The notes beneath the pieces were generated by a model, which did no database searches, was not told the DNA's origin, and saw only the letters and a program-made list of their open reading frames with translations. From the NCBI GenBank assembly GCA_020631575.1, contig JAHDGX010000002.1, forward strand, positions 1 through 51,179: 51,179 bases of DNA. Reading direction: 5' to 3'. The position numbers and the translations under genes are program-made. Of the stretch, positions 22,349-32,633 are shown piece after piece. This stretch comes from Candidatus Altimarinota bacterium. GTDB lineage: Bacteria; Patescibacteriota; Gracilibacteria; BD1-5; UBA6164. Position 1 is the stretch's first letter; every line of letters begins with the position of its first letter.

Positions 22349-25300
22349 TTACCGTGCAACCTTTTGAGTTTCTAGATATTCTGATTTAAACTTCCCAACG
22401 AGTGGAGCAGTATCAGATAATAGTTTCGAACCAAAACTTACAATTGTACCTGGAGATAGTTGAGTTCATGTTTTCTCAATAAAGTATCTGTTATCAACAA
22501 GATTATCGATATCTCATGAGAGAGATCCATATACTACAAGTTGTTTTTCAGACTCGTCGGAGATAATATATCCTCCTCAAGCTGATGTAGGTATAGCAAT
22601 ATATGTTCCATCGAGTCTATCAACATCAGAAGCAATATTAATATTTCCTCCTTTCACTACAAATGCTACATTTCTATTTCCACTTACAATATCTTGCGTT
22701 AGATTCAGATCTCATCACTCTACGATATACGTTGTAGATTCCGTAAGTGTTGGGAGTGAACCAAGAGTGATGTTTTTCCCTTTAATAACAAATACATTTT
22801 TGAATCCATTATAGTTATCAAACTTATCATATCCACTTACAGTAGTGGTAGTAGGAGCCGTTTCAGTTGTAACTGAAGTTACATCATCTGTATACTCTGT
22901 TTTTTCATCTGCAACATCACTGATTACTACCATGTCTGTATTGTTCTCAGAATAACTTGATATTCATCCCGTACTTACTGAGGTCCCAACAAAGTTTTTG
23001 TTATCAGTATATCCTGAGATTCCTTGAGTAATCTTACTCACATCACCAGAAGTGTTAGATTTCACATATGAAGTTCCTCAACCAATTGTTACCACTGCAG
23101 GTTTTGCAACTCTCACATTAAGGTCTGCTGCAAAATATGCATTATATAGTTCCTCAATAGATCCATTATTATCAATATCATCTTTGATAGATGTAGTAAT
23201 TTTTGCTGATCCATAACTTTGTCCTGCTGGGATAGCGTTTTTATTTGAGATAAACTCTGGGTATACATACCTTGCAGTATCAGAAATAACTTGGTTATCA
23301 CTTACAGCTTTGTATACTCCATCACTTGTATCTTTTACTATGAAAAGTTTATTATATCCATAGAGCATTCTATTTTGCAAGTCAATACAAATTTCGTTTC
23401 CTGAAGCTTTATTTACAGAGTTATCACCATCAGTCTTTTTTACGCATAGTTTATCAAATGAATAATCATACTCTGATGTATTTTCGATGTATGGCCAAGC
23501 AGGTACTTTTGAAAGTACATTTTGATTGTGTCCAACTATGATGTCTTTCTCTGGTCCGAATTTGATTTCCCCACCTCTTGGAGTTGTAGAAATCTTAGGA
23601 TCAGGATTTCCAGATGAACTCCCCCCTGAACTTGAGCTCGTTGGCAATTTACATGTTGCACTACAAGCAAATCCTGGTTTACCATTGTCAGTTCCCATAT
23701 CACACTGTTCTCCTCTTTCTGGCTGCACAATACCATCACCACAAATAGGGTTTGTCTGGATTTGACATCTATCTTCTGTAATCCATTTATTGCTTCCTGA
23801 TGTTCCAATCTCATCTACCGAAAAAGTAGAGTCGACTGTTTTCTTTACGTAACACCTTGGGAATGGATCGCTACAAGAAAACTGCGCTGTTCTTGCCCCT
23901 GTAGTTTCTCTAATAAGAGCAGCACCAGTTTTTGGAGTAAGATATATATCGTCTCCTGTAGTTGCATCTGTTCCACATTTCATTGCGATTGATTGCACTC
24001 TATTATTTCCCCAACATGTATATGAGTTTCCAGGATTATCTATGATATCTGTACATCTCGCGGGTGATCAACTACTTGATGAAGATGATGAACTCGTTGG
24101 TGGAGTAACGTTAAGTGTTCTTTCACAGGTATTTGATGTAATAGTATCATTTACAAAACATTTAGCTGTATAAGTACCAATTGTACTCAGTGTTACTGTG
24201 CCAGTATTTTGGTTCAGAGTATTTACAATATTTCCTGCAGCATCTCTTACCTCAATTTTGTACGTACTTACATTAGTACCAGTACAAGTAAGTGTAGAAG
24301 TGAGAGTGCTTACGCTACTTGTTGGTGAAGCTGTAAGAGTGTTACATACAGCTACTACACCATTCTCAATGGTAATTGTTTCAATATCATGATCATCTTC
24401 ATCTCATCCGTCGTTACAACCTGCTGTAAGATCATTATCAACAAGGTTTGTTGTTTCACCATTTCCTCCTCTTACTCCATTTCCATTTGTATTATCTGGA
24501 TCACTATCACAGTCATCTCAGTCATCTCTGCTAATCTCAGCAAAGTTTGAAATACTTGCTGGGGCATTATCATCGATAGTAAATGTTATATCTAGATCAA
24601 CTGGCACTCCATTTGCTGGAAGGCTTGCTATAGTTCTCACTGCTGTAGAGCCTGATTGAGTCCAATTAGAATCATTAAGCGTAAGACCTGTAGGAATATA
24701 ATCTGTAATCTCTATGTTAGCTGCATCTATAGTACCTTGATTTACTACTCTTACTGTAAATGTTACGCTATCTCCTGTATTGAATGGTCCAGTAGATTTC
24801 AAAGTTTTTCTCAGAGCAAGATCATAAGCTGGTGTAATAACAGTAATTGTTTCAATATCATGATCATCTTCATCTCATCCGTCGTTACAACCTGCTGTAA
24901 GATCATTATCAACAAGGTTTGTTGTTTCACCATTTCCTCCTCTTACTCCATTTCCATTTGTATTATCTGGATCACTATCACAGTCATCTCAGTCATCTCT
25001 GCTAATCTCAGCAAAGTTTGAAATACTTGCTGGGGCATTATCATCGATAGTAAATGTTATATCTAGATCAACTGGCACTCCATTTGCTGGAAGGCTTGCT
25101 ATAGTTCTCACTGCTGTAGAGCCTGATTGAGTCCAATCAGAATCATTAAGCGTAAGACCTGTAGGAATATAATCTGTAATCTCAATATTAGAGGCATCTA
25201 TATTTCCTTGATTTACTACGGTTACTGTGAAAGTTACATCATCACCTTTAGTAAATGGTCATGCTGATTTGAGGGTCTTAATAAGTGCAAGATCATACAC

Positions 25301-26446
25301 CGGATCTGTTATAATAATTTCTTCAATATCATGGTCATCTTCATCTCCTCCATCAGTACAACCAGGCAATATTGCGTTATCAACAAGATTTGTTGTTTCA
25401 CCGTTTCACCCTCTGACTCCATTTCCATTTATATTGTCTGGATCACTATCACAATCATCCCCATCATCTCTGCTAATTTCAGCAAAATTCTGAATCACTC
25501 AAGTTGCGTCTGAATCAATAGTAAATGTAATAGGTAAACTTGTAGAAGAATCAGCAGCTAGAAATGGTATTACTCTAGTTGCTTTGTCTCACGATTGAAC
25601 CCATCAGCCATCAATAAGAGTAAGTCCATTTGGGATATAGTCTGTAATCTCTATATTATTCGCAGGAACATTTCATTGGTTTACAACGGTTATTGAGAAA
25701 GTAATATTTTCACCTGCTATAAATGGAGCCGCAGAATTTTGAGCCAAGGTTTTAAATAATGCAAGATCATATCTACTTTCAACACCACAAGTACTACTAC
25801 ATCCGTCACCTCCAACCGAATTACCATCATCACATGTTTCACCTTGATCCGTTTCTAATATCCCATCACCACAATATCGTAGCTCAATATTAAAACACTC
25901 ATTTTCATGAATCTCATAATCTTCAACTTTATAGTGTGGGTAAGTCTTTGTACTATGTGACCAAGCTCATGAATTGAAATTGTATTGGGTATAATTTTTC
26001 ACTCTAGTATTGGAACCATTTTGAGTAATTTTACCATGTTTAATGTTATACACAAACTGTAAATTTCTTTTTGAATTGTCTGTCGGTTTATGGAAAAAAC
26101 ACTGGGCACCAAATGCTACTACCCTAGTGTTATTTCCAGGGGCAACTTCGCTTTTTCTTTGCCAAGCATCAGAAGTTGTACATCATGAAACAAGGCTTGC
26201 ATCAGATCTCCAAAAAGATATCTTTGAAGTAGTAAGAGCTATATATCTATCTTCATCACTCCACATATCATCTATAAGATACCTATCAATTGTTTGTCAA
26301 TTTATATAGTATGATTTCTCTCTTAGTGCTCATGTACACTGGGCATCTCATAGCTTAGAAGATATTTCTTCTACAATTGCTGCCTGAGAGACAGAGGGGA
26401 TAAAAAATATACTTACTAGTATACTAAAGAGTACTATTCTTCTCAT
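22349..26446 (-). CDS. giant secreted repeat protein / putative adhesin, 1365 aa
   Basis: Track fragments ending at 22933, 23998 and 24802, plus the ATG at 26444-26446, share one phase. Signal peptide: [22 protein letters not shown]. There are two Myxococcus-type Cys-rich repeats ([29 protein letters not shown] and [21 protein letters not shown]...CSATC). Three 157-aa DUF11-like repeats follow (YDLAL.KT...VTFTV.VVNQG...[13 protein letters not shown]), each ending in an acidic [12 protein letters not shown]...DEDDHD module. The stop is TAA at 22349-22351. Confidence 0.85.
24380..25792 (-). repeat. 3 x 471-bp in-frame tandem repeat inside the adhesin gene
   Basis: The anchor tcaatatcat recurs at 24381, 24852 and 25323, a period of 471 nt (157 codons). 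Copies 1 and 2 are identical for about 286 nt (24381-24666 versus 24852-25137) and then diverge. Copy 3 is clearly diverged. Confidence 0.9.
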
Positions 26447-26604
26447 AATTCAGAGTTAGGAATATAATTTACATCTTGTACTGGTGGAAAAACCTGCTCA
26501 TCTTGAGTTGGTTCTTGCTCTGTAACAATTTCTGTATTTGTTTGTGATGTACATGATACTAAGATCATTAGTCATAATGCACATGCTGTTTTTCTCTTAA
26601 ACAT
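26434..26604 (-). CDS. 56-aa lipobox peptide with a Thr/Glu/Asp/Gln-rich tail
   Basis: Translation is MFKRKTACAL[G][42 protein letters not shown][G]EE. The lipobox is L-V-S-C. The start is 35 nt after the ATP-grasp gene stop, and the 3' end overlaps the adhesin start by 13 nt. Confidence 0.55.
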
Positions 26605-26639
26605 AATATATTAAATTTATAAAAATTAAAAAGTCAAAT

Positions 26640-27776
26640 TTAAATGTATTTTTTAAACATTTCTCACCACCATGATAGAATCATTCACGTAATGTCCTCT
26701 TCATCTTGTCATCGAAACATCATACTTCAGCCAAGACAGTTTATCTCGAGAAATCGGTATTCCCCATTCGGCAATTCTACAAACTCTATGACTCATACTT
26801 CTATATTATTAGCTTTGAGTATATAATTTGCTGTTTCATTCATCTTTTTGGTTACTCCTTTTTTGTCATGAACACTCCAGGATACTTTCATATTCCTTCA
26901 TGTCGTCATAGTAGCCATTTTAGACATTTCGTCTTTAGTATTATGATTTTTTTTCTTTTTTACAGAATGTAGGTCATAAGAATTACTTTCAAACGTATAA
27001 TAGAGACGGGTCTCTTCTTTTATGTCGTAAAAATCAACGAAGTATAAATCTGGGTCAAACTCAGATATTTTAGATATGTATTTTAGAAACATATATTCTA
27101 ACATCTGATCATCTCACACATACTTTTCAGTATCTACGAGAGTAATGTGCTTTCCATTATCTGTATGGCTAGATTTTTTTAGTAACATGAATTTCTCTCC
27201 CGTTACATCAAGCCATAACTTAAAAAGTTGCTGTATACTATAGGTATTTCTGCTATACATAAGTGGAAGCATAAAATTTCAAATTAACTCACTCCTTAAT
27301 TCATAGATATTTGTAATATGTGCTGTTTTTTCTTGTTTTAGGTTTTTTAAGTCCTTGTTTGGATATATAAGCCTAGGAAAATTCTCATTAATTACTGAAA
27401 CCTTATCCCATAGTACCCAAAAGGGATTTGTGAAAGAGTTTCTACTCGTACAAAAGTAGGTGTTTTTCTCCGAAATCTTAATCCACTGTTTATCAAAAAG
27501 CCATAAGTCTTCATTTAAGATAACCATGTTATTTTTATACACCCAATTAATTTTATTTGGTGGTATATCATAATCTTCCCAAACCTTTTTTATAAACATC
27601 CAAGCCTCCAAAATCAGACTATTATAGGTCGTATTCTCAGTCCGAACATCGACCCTATAATACTTGTCTTTTATGAGGTCATTGATATCTCATTTATTTT
27701 GAATATCGCTTATACTATCCATAAAGAACATGTAGTCTTTTTGTGATATTGCAGACAGGATGTAATAAAATTTCAT
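26640..27776 (-). CDS. ATP-grasp-like protein, 378 aa
   Basis: Track fragments ending at 27611 and 27104 share one phase, extended to ATG 27774-27776 and TAA 26640-26642. The C-terminal half reads EKFMLLKKSSHTDNGKHITLV...VIEFVELPNGEYRFLEINCLG[G]SMMF, which resembles the ATP-grasp fold (ExN Mg-binding motif). The Trp/Tyr-rich N-terminal half is unrecognised. Confidence 0.6.
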
Positions 27777-27807
27777 ACTCTAAATCTCTTTTTGATAAAT
27801 CTGGTAA

Positions 27808-30800
27808 CTATTCCTCTCCATCATCTGGATCTGAAGGGGTTTCTTCTGATCATGTTCCAACCTCTTCTGATCCCGTACCTTCTGAACCTGTATCGTTAGG
27901 ATCTGTTTCTGTTCCAGTTCCTTCTGTCCCAGTTCCTTCCGTTCCAGTTCCTTCCGTTCCAGTTCCTTCCGTTCCAGTTCCTTCTGTCCCAGTTCCTTCC
28001 GTTCCAGTTCCTTCCGTTCCAGTTCCTTCCGTTCCAGTTCCTTCTGTCCCAGTTCCTTCACTTCCGGTTGAGTCGTTTTCCGATCCAGTTCATGCTGGCT
28101 CTGGCTCTGGAAGAGTTGTAATATCAGGATTTTTAACATCCGTTACGAGGTCACTCGATGTGTCATGAAACTGTGAAGTACAGAGTGCTCCAAGTACACC
28201 ACATGGAAGACCGTTTCTAAGGAAGTTATATCCTTCAGCTAATATTGGTGGAGCTCAGTTGAGTAATACAACTTTTTCTGATGGTCCACATCTAATAAGT
28301 CCTTGATCGTCTGCCATTCTAAGACCTCACTCAGTGTTTGTCGTAACAACTCCAAGATATCTATATGAGCTAAGTGTAAGAGCTTGTTGCCCTAGGTCTG
28401 AATTCATTCTCTCTTCAGCAGTAGCAAATTCTTGCATATCACTCACTTCTCCTGTCGTGGCATTATATATAGCGATTGTATATTTCCCTGTTTCTGGACT
28501 AATTCCTCACATAATAAATGTATTTTCTGACCTGTCTCATGTTTCTGCATGTTTTAGACCAAAAGAGATATCATCCATTGCCAAAAAGCTTGCTTCATTT
28601 TCACTCATAATTTCAGCATATTTATCTGGGTTTTCTCTTCTCACCTCATCCATAGCTCCTGAGAGCGTTTTAGCAGAAATATCTACTTCGGAATCAGTTG
28701 CAGCTTCAGCTTGAGCATCGTGATATGCAGTATAGTCAACAACACCCTGATTATCAGTATAATCAGAAATATCTGCAAGAGAATCTTTATACTCTCTGAG
28801 TTCTGTATACCATGATTCTTCCGTAAGACCTCCTGTTTGAGAATTTATATCGTAAATCCTATCAATAAGAGACCTACTTGCCTCAAGACTCATATTTCCT
28901 GACATGATTTCTCCCGAAAGTCATTCTCTATTTGCTCCTGAAGCAGAAAGTTCAAACCATCTTGATGTTACTGTCTCACTTCCTGTTAGTCTTGTTCCTT
29001 GATATACAGCCTCCGATGTTGATGAGCCATCAAAACTTACTAGTGCTCCCGTGTGGTCTGCAGTAAAACGCTCAGTGGTAATTGTTTGATAATCATTCAC
29101 AAAAGTTCTGTGAATATCTTTATGTATTCTTGGTCTTCCTCTAAGCCCATTATTAATCTCCCCTCTTACACCTGCTTGATCCACAACATCAGCATCAGGA
29201 TATCAAACTGATACACCAAGTATAGCTCCTAGGGCATTCATACCTGTATCCAATCCCCCCCTTACATTTGCGAGCTTAATAAGTTCTCCTATCTCAGCTG
29301 CTTTAGCAATATATGATGCATGGATAGTAGTTATTAGGTTGACCGTATTTGAATTTATGTCCAATTGTTCACCTGGTTGATCAGCAAATATATCACTACT
29401 CATTTTAATTACTGATATGAGCATATCTCCTGTAACTTGTGTAGATTCTAAATGTGATCCAGTATCACCAAAGTATGATAGTGCTTCTCTTAACTCTAGA
29501 ACTTGGGCTGCGTTCATGTTTCTCATTGATTCAATAAGTTCTCTCACTCATTGAGTGTCAGCTTCTATCATCTCTACAAGTTCTGTGTTTGCTCCACCAT
29601 TTGTAAGTTCATTTATATAAGCATCCAGTTCAGATTTCTGTGCAGCTTCGAGAGCTGCTTGAGCTTGACTTATCGCTTGTTGGTTTTGGTCTGCGGCATC
29701 TGTAGCAGCTACTGCTTCAGCTGTCTGTGCATTTACAATTCATCTTGCTTCTAAAACTGCTGTATCTGCAGCTTCATCATTTGTATTTGCTGTATCTTGT
29801 GCAGTAATAGCCAAATCAAGAGCTGTCTGAGCATCTGCTGCTGCTTTTCTTGCCGTATCTACTGCTGCTTGAGCTTGAGCTACTGCTGTATCTGCAGCTT
29901 CATCATTTGTATTTGCTGTATCTTGTGCAGTAATAGCCAAATCAAGAGCTGTCTGAGCATCTGCTGCTGCTTTTCTTGCCGTATCTACTGCTGCTTGAGC
30001 TTGAGCTACTGCTGTATCTGCAGCTTCATCATTTGTATTTGCTGTATCTTGTGCAGTAATAGCCAAATCAAGAGCTGTCTGAGCTGTAGATGCTCAAGAT
30101 TCTGAAGTTTTAAGAGCCACATATGCCTCAGCATGAGCAACTAAATCAACTGCAACACTCCCGTCAGAGTTTAATTTTCAAGTTACATAGTTTATAAGAT
30201 CTTGATTCGAGTCAAAATTTAATGCATCTAGATCAATAGCAGCATCTACTGTATTTCCCCAATTTGCTCATGAATAATTGATGGCTAATTTTCAATTTGA
30301 ACGTATGAATAATGGGTCAGATGCAACAATATTCCATGAACCAATTTGATCAGAAATCGCTTGCAAAAGTGCCTGTCTATTTCTGGCAGTTACAAGTGAG
30401 GCTTCAGGATCAGATAAATCTGACAAATAGTCATCAGAGTATCCAAATGCATCAAAAGCTGCTTGTGCTGTTGATTCGTTCATTCTTGCTTGAGAAGCAA
30501 TGGTTCTTGCTTGAAGAAGCTGCGTATTCGCTGAATCAAGAGCTTCTTGAGCCTGTGTAGCTTGAGTTGTTGCAAAAGTTAATGCTGCTTCTCGTACTGC
30601 AAATCTCTCATCGGCTGCTCCATCAACAGATTCCGCTCTTGCAAGTTCTGCATTTGCTGAATCAAGAGCTTCTTGAGCCTGTGTAGCTTGAGTTGTTGCA
30701 AAAGTTAATGCTGCTTCTCGTACTGCAAATCTCTCATCGGCTGCTCCATCAACAGATTCCGCTCTTGCAAGTTCTGCATTTGCTGAATCAAGAGCTTCTT

Positions 30801-31668
30801 GAGTTTCAGTCGCTCTTTTAGTAGCCGTATCTAGATCTCTTACAGCTTGTCCTGCCTCAAACGTTTCTCTCGCAGCTGCAACTCTTAGTGATTCATCTGA
30901 TCATTCTACAGCTTCTAACTTAGCTGCCGTATCATTCAAAGCACCTTGAGCTTCAGCAGTTTGAGCTGCAAGAGCTTCTGCTGCTTCGCTTTGTTTGTAT
31001 TCGTTGAATGCACTCGTTGAGCTTGATCCAATGGAACCTCTCGTTCCATTAGTATTATATCATAGGGCTGTAAGAGCGAGTTGAACAGCTACTCTCTCAT
31101 CTAAACTGAGAGCTTTTACCTCATCTATAGTGGCATATCCTGAAAGAAGTTCTTTTGCCTGCGATACTTCGAGTTCTCTTGCCTCTCTAGCTGCTTGAGC
31201 TTCAGCTATTTTATCTTTTAATACTGAGTTAGTCATTTGGATTAGGAGAGAGATTCTTCCTTGGTCAATTACACCTCCGTCATAATCACTCATTATTTCT
31301 TTGAGAACTCTTTTTGTACCATTTCAGATTCTACCATCTACCGTAATAGTTGATTTATCAGAAGCTTTCAAAAAGAGATTCATGATGAATTGAACAGTTT
31401 TTTGCTCTTTCATTGTTGGATTGTCTTTAGCGCTATCTGGAGTAACATCTCCAAGTTCAGCAGCAATTTCTCCAGCAATAGAAAGCTCTCACTCCATTTT
31501 AGCTAGAATAGCTTCCTGAGCTTCGGGAATACTGCTAAGAGCCTCAATGTCTGACATACTGATTTCTTTATCAGCAATTGCAGTATCTACAGCAGGAGTA
31601 TCCATTCCTTGGTAGTTCGCTACGGTAAGCATAAACAGTGTTCTATAGTTTCGTAGTAGTGTAAACAT
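27808..31668 (-). CDS. giant Ala-rich coiled-coil protein with PG-binding-like motif and (EGTGT)n tail, 1286 aa
   Basis: Six track fragments (31293, 30483, 30066, 29547, 29184, 28905) share one phase. The first ATG is at 31666-31668 and the stop is TAG at 27808-27810. The N-terminal TVDGRI[G]NGTKRVLKEI resembles the PG_binding DGxxGxxTxxAV motif. It has two families of 42-aa repeats, a globular region of about 450 aa with no motif I recognise, and a C-terminal GTEGTGTEGTGT tract. Confidence 0.8.
27905..28072 (-). repeat. 15-nt (5-codon) tandem repeat encoding (EGTGT)n with a 60-nt higher-order unit
   Basis: The unit gttccagttccttcc alternates with the gtcccagttccttct variant at every fourth unit. 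Only the Gly/Thr phase is continuous with the upstream 3.7-kb ORF. Confidence 0.9.
29757..30083 (-). repeat. 126-nt (42-codon) tandem repeat, about 2.6 copies
   Basis: The anchor gctgtatctgca recurs at 29759, 29885 and 30011. The repeat encodes AQTALDLAITAQDTANTNDEAADTAVAQAQAAVDTARKAAAD. Confidence 0.9.
30531..30803 (-). repeat. second 126-nt (42-codon) tandem repeat, about 2.2 copies
   Basis: The anchor ctgaatcaagagcttcttgag recurs at 30531, 30657 and 30783. The repeat encodes EALDSANAELARAESVDGAADERFAVREAALTFATTQATQAQ. Confidence 0.9.
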
Positions 31669-31803
31669 AATATATGTTTTATAAAGTAATGTATTTGTGT
31701 TTGCGAAACAATTTACCTATTTATACTACCATACTTAAAAACAAAGATGCAAAAATAATAACTTGACGATAAATATATTTTAAGTTAGTAAAAGTAAACT
31801 ATC

Positions 31804-31837
31804 AAAAAACCTCTTTCATCACCGAAAGAGGTTTTTT
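31804..31837 (-). terminator. intrinsic terminator after the LPETG protein gene
   Basis: 13-bp stem: aaaaacctctttc pairs with gaaagaggttttt, with a 6-nt loop and flanking T/A runs. Confidence 0.65.
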
Positions 31838-31851
31838 ATATCAATATATTA

Positions 31852-32535
31852 TTATCTATTTCTAAATTTTAGAAATCCGAATCCTAGCATAAGAGCTACA
31901 AATGCAAGAAGTAAATGTTCAGCTCCGGTTTCTGGAAGTCTTGGAGGTTGTGGTACTGATGGTGGAACTTCTCCTGCTCCTGAAGTGTATAGTACACACT
32001 CTCTATGTTGTAGCGTATCAGTAGATGGAGCTCCATCTGCTTCAATGTTATGTACTGCGATATCATATACTATCATCCCAACGTTTCCTCCGGCAGCAAC
32101 TGGGTTATTTGTGAGTTGGTAGGCACTTCCTACTGTAGATTCAATCCATTTTACACTACTACCTGCAGAAAGGACGTTTCAAAGTGACTCATCACTATAT
32201 AAGGCATCTAGATCTGAAGTGTATGTCCAAAAATCTACACTATCGCTTGCTGTAACTTCTGTCCATGAAGCTCCTCCGAGTGATACAATTCTTGGCATTT
32301 CTTGTTCTTCTTTGAATAATACCTGATCTGTTGTTCCATCATTATTCCAGATATCATCAAGAAGTCCTTTATTATCTCCTTGAGATACAGCTCCTCAAGT
32401 AAAACATTGATCACAACTATTTGCAGCGTAAACAGAGTCAGCACTACATGTTACTTCTTCATACGCAGCGTATGTGCTTGTTGTCATATAAGCAAGCATA
32501 ATCCCTGCTGCTATGATTTTTGAAAATGATTTCAT
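31852..32535 (-). CDS. LPXTG-type sortase-anchored surface protein, 227 aa
   Basis: Signal peptide: MKSFSKIIAAGIMLAYMTTSTYA. The C-terminus is PPRLPETGAEHLLLAFVALMLGFGFLKFRNR, i.e. LPETG, a hydrophobic segment and a basic tail. Confidence 0.8.
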
Positions 32536-32633
32536 AAACTTAAAGACTTAATAATATATTATAACGAGGATATATTACGAGAGAGTCGGCTTTCTGTCAA
32601 TAAAAAATGAGCATTCTGGAAAGGGAAGAATAT

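Noticed and set aside
24380-25792. Diversity-generating retroelement (template/variable repeat pair) for the 471-bp repeats
   Set aside because: The differences between copies are not adenine-specific and are clustered as a block. No reverse transcriptase gene is nearby.
27743-28168. Track ORFs over the 15-nt repeat: plus-strand PSVPVPSV (27743-28168) and minus-strand KELERKELER (27780-28139)
   Set aside because: Any tandem repeat with a period divisible by 3 is open in several phases. Only the third phase (EGTGT) is continuous with the 3.7-kb upstream ORF and ends at a TAG (27808-27810). The other two phases have no coding context.
29797-30105. Plus-strand Cys/Ser-rich 102-aa repeat ORF antisense to the Ala-rich repeats
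   Set aside because: It is the mirror image of the 126-nt coding repeat on the minus strand. It has no independent start context, and its phase is not continuous beyond the repeat.
27905-30803. CRISPR array as an explanation for the direct repeats
   Set aside because: The repeats are head-to-tail with no unique spacers. Their periods (15 and 126 nt) are multiples of 3 inside a long ORF, and no cas genes are present in the window.
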